A stretch of DNA of 64,000 nt from a virus (taxonomy: Duplodnaviria; Caudoviricetes), in IMG/VR virus record IMGVR_UViG_3300043449_001907, positions 1,694-65,693 of that record, one strand, 5' to 3'. Each line of letters opens with the position of its first letter. Within the stretch, counting starts at the first letter, position 1. Both the position numbers and the translations under genes were made by a program. The notes below the pieces were generated by a model. It saw nothing but the letters and a program-made list of their open reading frames with translations. It did not search any database and had not been told where the DNA came from. Below, piece by piece: positions 19,451 to 27,877 of the stretch.

Positions 19451-20011
19451 TTATTCTAAAGAAAAGTGGCAATACATATTTGCATAATAGTTACCATTAA
19501 AAGGTGTTTTACGCCCATGTAAACAGAGAGCGGATTCATAAAATACACATTCTCCAGGTTCAATTAAAATTTTATGCTCGTTGCCATCATGATCTATAAT
19601 ATCAAAAAACCAAGGTTCTCCATCTAAAGCGACACTCATATTTACACTAATATGATGAGTTTCTTTTCTATCTACATGCATACCTAGCGTAGCTCCATTT
19701 TTATAAAATCGAATACCATATAGAATACCTCGTTTTTTTAATTTTGCACCACTCCATTCAGAAAGTAAATTATACATTTCTTCTACAACTATTTTTTTAA
19801 CTTCTGGAAACCTACTAAGACATAAAAAATCTGTTGCTATATTAAAGTCTTTAGATTTAATCCAAGTTTTTAAATCTGGTTTAAGTGAATCTGAATACTC
19901 AGGAACTCTTTCGTTAATATGATTAATTAAAACTTCTGTTATCATTTTCCAAGAAGTTTCTGGTATTTTAGTTTTATAAAATCCTTTTGATGTAAATTTT
20001 TTTAATTCCAT
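19451..20011 (-). CDS. 2OG-Fe(II) oxygenase (prolyl-hydroxylase-like)
   Basis: Facial triad H-x-D (MHVDR) and distal H (LHGR) in a DSBH pattern. Confidence 0.8.
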   Translation of the reverse strand: MELKKFTSKGFYKTKIPETSWKMITEVLINHINERVPEYSDSLKPDLKTWIKSKDFNIATDFLCLSRFPEVKKIVVEEMYNLLSEWSGAKLKKRGILYGIRFYKNGATLGMHVDRKETHHISVNMSVALDGEPWFFDIIDHDGNEHKILIEPGECVFYESALCLHGRKTPFNGNYYANMYCHFSLE

Positions 20012-20012
20012 A

Positions 20013-21032
20013 TTATTTTAAATAATTTAAATAAGCTTCTTTAATTTTAATAGCAATTTGATTTTGTGGAACCTGCTTTGAATTCCACCAATTTATCCAT
20101 TTATTTTGGTTTTTTATATTTGGTTGATTATAATCTAATAGAGTTTCCCAAGAATTAGGCTCATAAAAAATATTAAAATTATTAAACCAACTTTTTCCAG
20201 TAGCAATTATTTTCTTATTACATAGAAGAAATTCATTACTTGTAGAAGTTGAATTAATGATGTTAAATTTGGAATGAGCATATAATCTGACATTTGCATC
20301 TTTTTCAAATATTGCAAATGGCATTTTTTCAGCATCTCTAGGATTGTTAGTAAAAATAATACACTCATCTTTGAGTTTTTTTAAAGCTTCCTCAAATCGA
20401 GAATAAACATTTGGTGCTTTTTTAATTACTGGAATAAGCCCTTGTTTTTTAATTTCACTAATGCATCTAGTTAGCCACTCATATTCAAATATTCTTTTAT
20501 CGTTAATATAAAAACATTCTCTCAATAAATGTAATGCTTGCTGCGTCCATATAACACAATAATTTTCAGAACCAAGACCCTTTAGAGGTTCTTTAGACTG
20601 CGCTAAATGAAAGTTTTCAATAATTTTATTTCTATATTCTTGGATATTTGGCTGAAGAGTATTAAAATCTATATCTTCACTTGCAGCAGACCATTCTTTT
20701 TTTATAGAAGATTCGCAATTATATAAATAAGGATCAACTAAAAAAGTTTTTCCATGGTCAAAATAACCAAAATCCATAGCCATCGGAACTATATTTTTAT
20801 TAATACATTTGTGACAACACTCTATCCAAAAATCATTAGTTTCTAATTTTGCATGATCGCTAACATGAAGTAATATATTTATATCTTTATCGTTTTCAAT
20901 TTCTCTAGTAAGAGACTCTTTTTCATTAACTTCTTTGTATTGGAAATTGAATTGATCTAAACTTTTTTTTAAAATTTCAATATGACTTTTATGAGCTTGA
21001 ATATGTGGATGATAAATTAAAATTTTCATCAC
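20013..21032 (-). CDS. KpsS/KpsC-like GT-B glycosyltransferase (putative)
   Basis: MDFGYF..IINSTSTSNEFLLCNKKIIATGKSWF resembles the capsule-export GT motif TxNSTxGxEALLxGKPVxxxG. Confidence 0.45.
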   Translation of the reverse strand: MMKILIYHPHIQAHKSHIEILKKSLDQFNFQYKEVNEKESLTREIENDKDINILLHVSDHAKLETNDFWIECCHKCINKNIVPMAMDFGYFDHGKTFLVDPYLYNCESSIKKEWSAASEDIDFNTLQPNIQEYRNKIIENFHLAQSKEPLKGLGSENYCVIWTQQALHLLRECFYINDKRIFEYEWLTRCISEIKKQGLIPVIKKAPNVYSRFEEALKKLKDECIIFTNNPRDAEKMPFAIFEKDANVRLYAHSKFNIINSTSTSNEFLLCNKKIIATGKSWFNNFNIFYEPNSWETLLDYNQPNIKNQNKWINWWNSKQVPQNQIAIKIKEAYLNYLK

Positions 21033-21412
21033 AGTTCAATTTTAAAATTTTTATTTTCAATAGTTTTTGGTCTATCTGCAATATGTTTTGCACCTTTTCT
21101 TTCTTTAGAATAGTCTTCAAAGAACTTCTTTTTAACAGGGTCAACTCCACCAGCTTGTTCTGCGCGTTTTGCACTCATTTCCGCACTGTAATCAAGCATG
21201 TCTCCCATTGTACCTTTCTTTGAAGCGGTACGTTCTACGAACTTCTGTGCGCTAAATGCGTCTGTTTTGGTATCAATACTAGCGTTCGGGGCAAAGAATA
21301 CTCTATCCCATTTAAGACCAGAAGAGTCAATGAATTCATGAACATCATTCATTCCTTGAATGATCTCTACTTCTTCTCCAGTTTCAGGATTGCGATAACA
21401 GTATAAGGGCAT
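21029..21412 (-). CDS. FmdB-like small regulatory protein
   Basis: MPLYCYRNPETGEEVEIIQGMND resembles the FmdB N-terminus with the Zn ligands mostly lost; start moved to the ATG at 21412. Confidence 0.55.
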   Translation of the reverse strand: MPLYCYRNPETGEEVEIIQGMNDVHEFIDSSGLKWDRVFFAPNASIDTKTDAFSAQKFVERTASKKGTMGDMLDYSAEMSAKRAEQAGGVDPVKKKFFEDYSKERKGAKHIADRPKTIENKNFKIEL

Positions 21413-21423
21413 AACAATATTAC

Positions 21424-21453
21424 AAAAAAAGGGAGGGTTTTTCAACCCTCCCT
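21424..21453 (-). terminator. Rho-independent terminator
   Basis: Minus strand reads AGGGAGGGTT-GAAA-AACCCTCCCT then a T run: 10-bp stem and GNRA loop, just after the stop at 21469. Confidence 0.85.
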
Positions 21454-21468
21454 CTATTTAGATTTTAA

Positions 21469-22542
21469 TTATAAACCTGAAACGATTTGATTCAGAGTTT
21501 TTTCATAAGTGAATGTCTTGCCCAATAAAAGACCAGATTCATTAACTTCTCCGATTTTCTTTTCAGCTTTTTCAAAAGCTTCAATGACTGATTCTTTAGA
21601 CCAATCAAACATATTACCCTGATTAAAGGGCTGATTTGGCCTGAAAAATACGTTATCATAAATCGGCATTTCTTTATCAGGTTCAACCAGAATACTATTT
21701 TCTGAATTCGCCCAATCCTTATGAGAGGTGGCGTTCAGAACGATTGACCACTTGCCCAAGCAGGTTGCATTGAAAGATGGGAGATTCCAGCCCTCTGCTC
21801 CTGAAAGACCTGTAAGGTCAATATCAATAGCGTTCATAAAATCATTCACTTCTTCATTTGTTTTCAAATAAGGAAGAAAATTGATATTTGAATAAGCCTT
21901 TCCTCCAAGAGTAGATGTAATAAGGCTTTTCATCTGCTCTTCATTGAAGAATGGATTAGTAATGCAACAACTCAAAAGATAATTTGGGTTATTACCATAC
22001 TTAGAAAGCCAAGTTTCAATAATTTTAGCAGTACGCTTTCTATGTTCAAATTTACCCATTAGTCCAAAATGGATTCGATTTGAAAGATACTTTTTACCAG
22101 TAACTTTAAATGTCGGATCGAAACCAAGAGTAAACAGTTTAACATTATCACATCCAACTTGCTTGAATTTCTCAACAGAATAAGAAGAGGAAAGAAGCGT
22201 AGTTGTTTGCAACTGAGCTAAAGTCTTTTCAACTTCTGTAGGCTGGCTACATTCATAGAATGTGACGAGGTGCTGTTCTTTGGTTTTCCTATTTTCGCTA
22301 CCGTTTAGATGCCAAAGTTTAACTGATGGAATATCCTTCTTTAGCAGAGAGAATCTCCTATCAATAGAATGCTGAATCCACTGAGAAAATTCAGGCTCAA
22401 TTGAATGAGCAGAACCATCTGCATTATCACCAATCGGGAATAGTCCAACATCATATCCCTTCTTCCACATCTCACGAAGGAGATTAATGGCAACATTGCC
22501 GAATGAAAGAGAGTTAATGGGAGCTTCAAAAATTAATTGCAT
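21469..22542 (-). CDS. GT4-like glycosyltransferase
   Basis: HFGLMGKFEHRK..AIDIDLTGLSGAEGWNLPSFNATCLGK (E-x7-E-like GT-B motif). Confidence 0.8.
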   Translation of the reverse strand: MQLIFEAPINSLSFGNVAINLLREMWKKGYDVGLFPIGDNADGSAHSIEPEFSQWIQHSIDRRFSLLKKDIPSVKLWHLNGSENRKTKEQHLVTFYECSQPTEVEKTLAQLQTTTLLSSSYSVEKFKQVGCDNVKLFTLGFDPTFKVTGKKYLSNRIHFGLMGKFEHRKRTAKIIETWLSKYGNNPNYLLSCCITNPFFNEEQMKSLITSTLGGKAYSNINFLPYLKTNEEVNDFMNAIDIDLTGLSGAEGWNLPSFNATCLGKWSIVLNATSHKDWANSENSILVEPDKEMPIYDNVFFRPNQPFNQGNMFDWSKESVIEAFEKAEKKIGEVNESGLLLGKTFTYEKTLNQIVSGL

Positions 22543-22545
22543 AAA

Positions 22546-22971
22546 TTAAAAAGGAATATCGTCTTCATCGCCCTGAACTGCAACTGGCTCATCTGCTTCT
22601 TGAACAGCAGGCTTTGAGGCAGCTTTGGCTGGAGGGGCTTTTGCAGCGGTTTGTTCGCCGCCAGTCTTTTCGCTCTTAAATGCGAACGTGACTCGATCAG
22701 CAACAATGCTGGTCTTGCTAACCTTTTGGCCTTCCTTATTTGTATAAGAGTCATCATGAAGACGACCATCTACAATCACGTTAGAACCTTTCTTGAGAAC
22801 CTTGGCGCATGTTTCACCTTCTTTGTCCCAAACGTCAACACTGATAAAAATAGTCTTATCCTTGGTTTCATTGTGAGCAATGCGGAAGGAAGTAATGCAC
22901 TTGCCAGTTTTGGTATAGCGGCTTTCTGGATCGGAAACTAGATTTCCAGATAGGAGAATTCGATTAATCAT
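22546..22971 (-). CDS. ssb: Single-stranded DNA-binding protein
   Basis: INRILLSGNLVSDPE..VDGRLH and the acidic C-terminal tail DEDDIPF. Confidence 0.95.
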   Translation of the reverse strand: MINRILLSGNLVSDPESRYTKTGKCITSFRIAHNETKDKTIFISVDVWDKEGETCAKVLKKGSNVIVDGRLHDDSYTNKEGQKVSKTSIVADRVTFAFKSEKTGGEQTAAKAPPAKAASKPAVQEADEPVAVQGDEDDIPF

Positions 22972-23530
22972 AATTTATATTTTTTTTAATTTCTTTAATG
23001 AATCTTTTGTGAATATTTATACAGCCTTGTATTGATAATTTTAACTTTTTAGCAATTGTTTTCCAAGGCGTTAGTTTGTTCTTGTCACAATCTTTGTAAC
23101 GCATTTGGATGATCTTTCTTACTCTTTCATCTGGACTTTTTTCCGCAAAATCAAAAATTCGATCAATTAGTTCTTTTCTTTCCAGATTTTCAAAAACATC
23201 TTTTTCAACTAGATTTTCAGCTTGTGCGGCTATGTCAATGTATTCATACTTTTTTGTTTTGTTATGAATATTTAAACACTTCCATCTTGTTTCATTTCCT
23301 AAATAAGTGCTGAATTTTATATCTCTTGAGCTATCGTATTTTAAAGCCTTTTCATAAATAAAAAGGTCTTTCTCATCGAGAATATCAGACTTGATTACGT
23401 TCGACTGATCTGAAATTGTTTGGTTCACCATTTGGGTATAAATTCCCGAATGACGAGCAATTAATTCCTTTAAACAGTCTTCGTCTTTGTCTTGTTTAAT
23501 CTTTTGGATAAGGGATAAGTCGTCTGCCAT
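22964..23530 (-). CDS. Phage sigma70-family RNA polymerase sigma factor
   Basis: Region 2-like YDSSRDIKFSTYL and region 4-like RKIIQMRY..TPWKTIAKKLKLS; start moved to the ATG at 23530. Confidence 0.8.
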   Translation of the reverse strand: MADDLSLIQKIKQDKDEDCLKELIARHSGIYTQMVNQTISDQSNVIKSDILDEKDLFIYEKALKYDSSRDIKFSTYLGNETRWKCLNIHNKTKKYEYIDIAAQAENLVEKDVFENLERKELIDRIFDFAEKSPDERVRKIIQMRYKDCDKNKLTPWKTIAKKLKLSIQGCINIHKRFIKEIKKNINYD

Positions 23531-24096
23531 TTTTGAATTTCCTCCATTCCGAAACAGGCTTGGAAAAATGCATAACAAAAATCGGTCATTAGATTTTTAT
23601 CTAAATCTCCAAATGTTTGCCAAACAAAACATGGATCACTTAATCCAGCCACAATCGGGTCGTTAATTTTTTCCTGTTCATTAGCTGGCGGAACAGTTTC
23701 GCCAGAATTAAGAGTTCTTGAAATATGAACCAAAAGACCTCCATTGTCTTTAATCCATTTAGCCTCGTTCTCATATCGAATATCAGATACAATCATGATT
23801 TCTCCATCATTACGAAGCTTTTCTAAAGCCTTAATCCAACAATCTTCATCAAGCTTTCTCCTCATTTCCGTTCCATAGAAAACAAGAAAGGGTCTGATGA
23901 TTTTCTTTTCTTCATCGTTTGTTGTAAAAGGGTCAATGCCAATATTCTTCTTCAAGAAGTTTCTGCATTCGTGTTTCAAAGCATCAGCTAATGCATAACG
24001 CTTTGCCTTAATTCCAAACTGTTTAAAGATTTCTACGAAGCCATTGGCAAGAGTATCTTTGCCGCTTCGTGCCACTCCTGAGATTCCAATAATCAT
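23470..24096 (-). CDS. Deoxynucleoside monophosphate kinase
   Basis: IIGISGVARSGKDT P-loop, YALADALK, VSDIRYENE. Confidence 0.85.
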   Translation of the reverse strand: MIIGISGVARSGKDTLANGFVEIFKQFGIKAKRYALADALKHECRNFLKKNIGIDPFTTNDEEKKIIRPFLVFYGTEMRRKLDEDCWIKALEKLRNDGEIMIVSDIRYENEAKWIKDNGGLLVHISRTLNSGETVPPANEQEKINDPIVAGLSDPCFVWQTFGDLDKNLMTDFCYAFFQACFGMEEIQKWQTTYPLSKRLNKTKTKTV

Positions 24097-24629
24097 AGAC
24101 CAGTACTTCCAAAGCCTCCTTCGTTTCTTTCTGACTCTCCAAGATTTTCAACAAGCTCAATCAATGGATGAAAATGCTGTTGAAAAACAAGCTGACAAAC
24201 TTTGTCGCCTTTTTGATAAATTTTATCTGAATTGATGATTCCACAAACATTTCCCATTTGTGAAACCTTTAAATCTTCTGGTTGAAACAAATATTTAAAT
24301 CTAACTTTTATATTTCCTCTATATCCAGAGTCAACAACGCCGATAGAGTTACAAAGAGATAGGTTATACTTGCTAATGCTAGACCTTGGGAACACTAAAG
24401 TAAATACATCGCTTTGGCTAGAATTGACTGGTTGAAAACCATCAATCTTGATCATTAAATCGTATTCGATATAGTCAATGCTTTTCCAGTATCCTTCTGG
24501 ATTCTTTTTGCCAACAATTACTGGTTCAGAAGAAGCAATAACATCATATCCAACATCTCCTTCCTTTGCTGGGTCAGAGATTGCCATCTCTTCGTCAACA
24601 ATGAAAATGTATGGGGGTAAATTACTCAT
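24093..24629 (-). CDS. dut: Trimeric dUTPase
   Basis: GYDV, PRSSIS, GVVDSGYRG, GDKVCQLV and RNEGGFGSTG (motifs I-V). Confidence 0.95.
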   Translation of the reverse strand: MSNLPPYIFIVDEEMAISDPAKEGDVGYDVIASSEPVIVGKKNPEGYWKSIDYIEYDLMIKIDGFQPVNSSQSDVFTLVFPRSSISKYNLSLCNSIGVVDSGYRGNIKVRFKYLFQPEDLKVSQMGNVCGIINSDKIYQKGDKVCQLVFQQHFHPLIELVENLGESERNEGGFGSTGL

Positions 24630-24909
24630 TTGCGGGAATTAAATCTTTAGCAAGTTCATGAAAGCCTGCATCGGCTAGAACTGCTGTTGAAAGAAAATAC
24701 GTTGCAGATTCAAAATCTTCAATAATTTCTTGACAAGAAATTAGAGTCCCAACAGTGAAGTTCGGTTCATCTTGAACCACGAAATGCTCAAGAGATTCCG
24801 TCATAGCTTTTGCAGCAGCTTCACTAGCGTCTTCGGCATTGATAACTGAAGACCATCCGCCACTCTGACACAGGTAAAGTTTCTTTCTTGAATTTGGAGG
24901 TAAAAACAT
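24622..24909 (-). CDS. Hypothetical protein
   Basis: First gene of the leftward unit; overlaps the dUTPase start. Confidence 0.6.
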   Translation of the reverse strand: MFLPPNSRKKLYLCQSGGWSSVINAEDASEAAAKAMTESLEHFVVQDEPNFTVGTLISCQEIIEDFESATYFLSTAVLADAGFHELAKDLIPANE

Positions 24910-24915
24910 AAGTTG

Positions 24916-24943
24916 AAGGTAAGCTAGGAAAATGTTCTGTCAA
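24916..24943 (-). promoter_or_regulatory. Sigma70-like promoter for the leftward unit
   Basis: TTGACA-N16-TACCTT ending 6 nt before the ATG at 24909; the -10 match is weak. Confidence 0.5.
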
Positions 24944-25148
24944 GAACTTTTTCTATTTATACGGAAAAGAATTATAAGAACATTAAGTATAAATTTTATA
25001 TTTTAAGTACTTCGATATTCTCCTTGCGAACGCAGAGGGGTACGAGGGGAGGAAACCCATTCTTTCAAACTTTTTTCAGAATTTTTTCAGTAATGCAAAT
25101 TCTTTGTTTTAGTGTTTGAAAAAAGACAAGATTTTTCTCAAAAGCTTC

Positions 25149-25177
25149 TTGACCAAAGAGCCTTCGAAGTGTAATAT
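25149..25177 (+). promoter_or_regulatory. Sigma70-like promoter overlapping a GTGTAA motif, upstream of nrdB
   Basis: TTGACC-N17-TAATAT, 6 nt before the ATG at 25184. Confidence 0.65.
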
Positions 25178-25183
25178 ATCGGT

Positions 25184-26179
25184 ATGACAAATTCAGACTC
25201 TCCCAAGACCATTTTTGACGAACAAATTGCCCGCAAACCAGACAAATACCCTTGGGCGCAGGAGTTTATTTCTGCGATGCATGAGGGCTTTTGGACACAT
25301 AAAGAATTTAGCTTTTCTAGTGATATTCAAGACTTTAAGGTAAATCTTACAGAACAGGAGAGGGAAGTGGTCATTAGAACACTATCTGCTATCGGCCAGA
25401 TTGAAGTCGCGGTTAAGAAGTTTTGGGCAAAGCTTGGTGACAATCTTCCACACCCCAGCCTAACTGATCTAGGATACGTCATGGCTGGCGTTGAAGTTAT
25501 TCACAACAATGCTTATCAGCGCCTTTTGGAAGTTCTTGGCATGGAAGATGTTTTCGAGCAGAATCTTAAACTTGATGTTGTTTCTGGTCGCGTTAATTAT
25601 CTTCGCAAATATAACCATAAATTCTATAAAGACTCCCGTAAGCAGTATGTCTATGCGCTAATCTTGTTTACTTTGTTTATTGAGAATGTTTCACTGTTTT
25701 CTCAGTTCTATGTTGTTCTGTGGTTCGGTAGGTTTAAGAACGTACTCAAAGACACTACTCAGCAGGTTACATATACCAAAAACGAAGAACTTATCCATGC
25801 TAAGGTTGGCATGAAGCTTGTGAATACTATTCGCAAAGAATGTCCAGAACTTTTTGATGAAGAGCTTGAAGCTAAAATTCTACATGAAGCAGAAGAGGCT
25901 TTTAAAGCCGAAAGTAAGATCATTGATTGGATTGTTGGAGACTGGCAAGATAAGAGGATTTCTGCTGATATTTTGAAAGAATATATTAAGAGCAGAATCA
26001 ATGATTCTTTGAAAGAAATTGGGTTCAATCAGTTATTTGATATTGACAAATCTATGGCGCGAGATTATGAGTGGATGGATGAAGAAGTCCTAGCTAATAA
26101 TGCTGTTGATTTCTTTTATCAGCGTCCGACAGATTACTCCAAAGCAAATAAAACTTTCGAATTAGAAGATTTAGTTTAA
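25184..26179 (+). CDS. nrdB: Ribonucleotide reductase class I beta subunit (class Id-like)
   Basis: QIEVAVK, EVIHNNAY, ENVSLFSQF, EELIH and the C-terminal DFFYQRPTDY. Confidence 0.95.
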   Translation: MTNSDSPKTIFDEQIARKPDKYPWAQEFISAMHEGFWTHKEFSFSSDIQDFKVNLTEQEREVVIRTLSAIGQIEVAVKKFWAKLGDNLPHPSLTDLGYVMAGVEVIHNNAYQRLLEVLGMEDVFEQNLKLDVVSGRVNYLRKYNHKFYKDSRKQYVYALILFTLFIENVSLFSQFYVVLWFGRFKNVLKDTTQQVTYTKNEELIHAKVGMKLVNTIRKECPELFDEELEAKILHEAEEAFKAESKIIDWIVGDWQDKRISADILKEYIKSRINDSLKEIGFNQLFDIDKSMARDYEWMDEEVLANNAVDFFYQRPTDYSKANKTFELEDLV

Positions 26180-26186
26180 TATCAAC

Positions 26187-27833
26187 ATGAGCAAATACTA
26201 CTGGTTAAATGAAAAGTCTCGCGAATTTCTTTCTCGCGGGTATGTCAAAGAAGGTCAAACAGCAGAGCAGAGAGTTCGGGAAATTGCCGAAGCTGCTGAA
26301 AAGTATTTAGGTATTGCTGGCTATGCAGATAAGTTTGAGGATTACATGTCCCGTGGTTGGTTTAGCCTATCATCTCCTGTTTGGGCCAATTATGGCCTAG
26401 AGAGAGGTCTTCCTTGCTCATGCAATGGTTCGTTCATTGACGATACAATGGAAAGCATCTTGTATAAGAATGCTGAAATTGGAATGATGACTAAAAACGC
26501 AGCAGGAACATCTGCATATTTTGGCAAGATTCGTCCTCGCGGAGCAGCTATTAGTTCAGGAGGAACTTCCAGCGGTGCTGTGCATTTCATGGAACTCTTT
26601 GACAAGGTTTCTAATGTTGTTTCTCAGTCTAGTGTTCGTCGTGGTTCAATGGCTGCGTACCTCGACATTGACCATCCAGACCTTGAAGAGTTCCTTCGTA
26701 TTCGTGGTGAAGGTCATCCCATTCAAGATTTGAGCATTGGAGTTTGCGTCTCTGATGAATGGATGGAAGGTCTTCTGAATAAGGACAAAGAGAAGCTAAA
26801 GATTTGGGGCGCAGTAATTAAAAAGCGTTTTGAAAGTGGCTACCCATATATTCATTTTACTGGCAATGCAAATAAAAATGCTCCAAAGGTTTATCGCGAT
26901 AAAGGCATTAAAATTTACGCATCCAATCTCTGCAATGAAATCCAACTATCTTCTGACTCTGAAACCTCTTTTGTTTGCGTCCTTTCTAGCATTAACCTCC
27001 TTCACTATGAAGATTGGAAGGATACTGACGCTGTTGAAGTTCTAACTTATTTCCTTGATACTGTAACGGAAGAATACATTCGCAAGACTCAGAATATGCC
27101 ATTCATGTCTGCTGCGAATAAGTTTGCAAGAGAACAGCGTGCTGTTGGTCTTGGAGTTCTTGGTTGGCACTCTCTCCTACAGAGCAAGATGATTGCTTTT
27201 GAAAGCATGGAAGCTAAAATGCTCAACGCTCAAATCTTCAAACTCTTGGATGATAAGAGTCTTGTTGCAAGTAAAGAACTTGCTGAAAAGTATGGTGAGC
27301 CAGAACTTCTTAAAGGATATGGAGAGCGTATGGTGACAAGAATCGCTATTGCTCCAACAACTTCTTCTTCCTTTATCCTTGGTCAGGTTTCTCAAGGAAT
27401 TGAGCCTCAGAACTCAAACTATTATGTAAAGAAACTTGCAAAAGGATCATTTACTTATAAGAATCCTTATCTTAAAAAACTCCTTGAAGAAAAGGGTCAA
27501 GACTCGCAAGAAGTTTGGAAAAGCGTTCTTGAAAAAGGTGGCTCAGTTCAGCATTTGGATTTCTTGTCTCAAGATGAGAAAGACGTATTCAAGACCTTTG
27601 GAGAAATTTCCCAAAAGGAAATCGTTATTCAAGCTGCTCAAAGGCAGAAGAGAATTGATCAAGGACAAAGCTTAAATTTAAACATTCCGCCTTCTGCAAC
27701 TATTGGAGAAGTTAGTAAGCTTCTAATCTTTGGTTGGGAAAATGGAATCAAGGGATTTTATTATCACCGTTCTAGCAATCCAAGTCAAGTTCTTGCTCGA
27801 TCACTTAATGAATGCAAATCCTGTGAGGCTTAA
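26187..27833 (+). CDS. nrdA: Ribonucleotide reductase class I alpha subunit (short, no ATP cone)
   Basis: SSPVWAN, PCSC, SNLCNEI, APTTSSS, KGFYY and the C-terminal CKSCEA. Confidence 0.95.
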   Translation: MSKYYWLNEKSREFLSRGYVKEGQTAEQRVREIAEAAEKYLGIAGYADKFEDYMSRGWFSLSSPVWANYGLERGLPCSCNGSFIDDTMESILYKNAEIGMMTKNAAGTSAYFGKIRPRGAAISSGGTSSGAVHFMELFDKVSNVVSQSSVRRGSMAAYLDIDHPDLEEFLRIRGEGHPIQDLSIGVCVSDEWMEGLLNKDKEKLKIWGAVIKKRFESGYPYIHFTGNANKNAPKVYRDKGIKIYASNLCNEIQLSSDSETSFVCVLSSINLLHYEDWKDTDAVEVLTYFLDTVTEEYIRKTQNMPFMSAANKFAREQRAVGLGVLGWHSLLQSKMIAFESMEAKMLNAQIFKLLDDKSLVASKELAEKYGEPELLKGYGERMVTRIAIAPTTSSSFILGQVSQGIEPQNSNYYVKKLAKGSFTYKNPYLKKLLEEKGQDSQEVWKSVLEKGGSVQHLDFLSQDEKDVFKTFGEISQKEIVIQAAQRQKRIDQGQSLNLNIPPSATIGEVSKLLIFGWENGIKGFYYHRSSNPSQVLARSLNECKSCEA

Positions 27834-27862
27834 CAATTTACTAGATATTTTTTAATTTTTAA

Positions 27863-27871
27863 GTGTAAAAA
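27863..27871 (+). promoter_or_regulatory. GTGTAA phage promoter-like motif
   Basis: AAGTGTAAAAATAGATC-ATG; same spacing as the copies at 25169, 38718, 48251 and 55545. Confidence 0.55.
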
Positions 27872-27877
27872 TAGATC

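Noticed and set aside
19451-20011. TET/JBP-type DNA base hypermodification role for the oxygenase
   Set aside because: Motif spacing looks like small P4H-type oxygenases, with no TET/JBP features and no adjacent base-modifying genes recognised; not fully excluded.
25759-27675. Overlapping ORFs within nrdB and nrdA
   Set aside because: Antisense or off-frame shadows of conserved genes.
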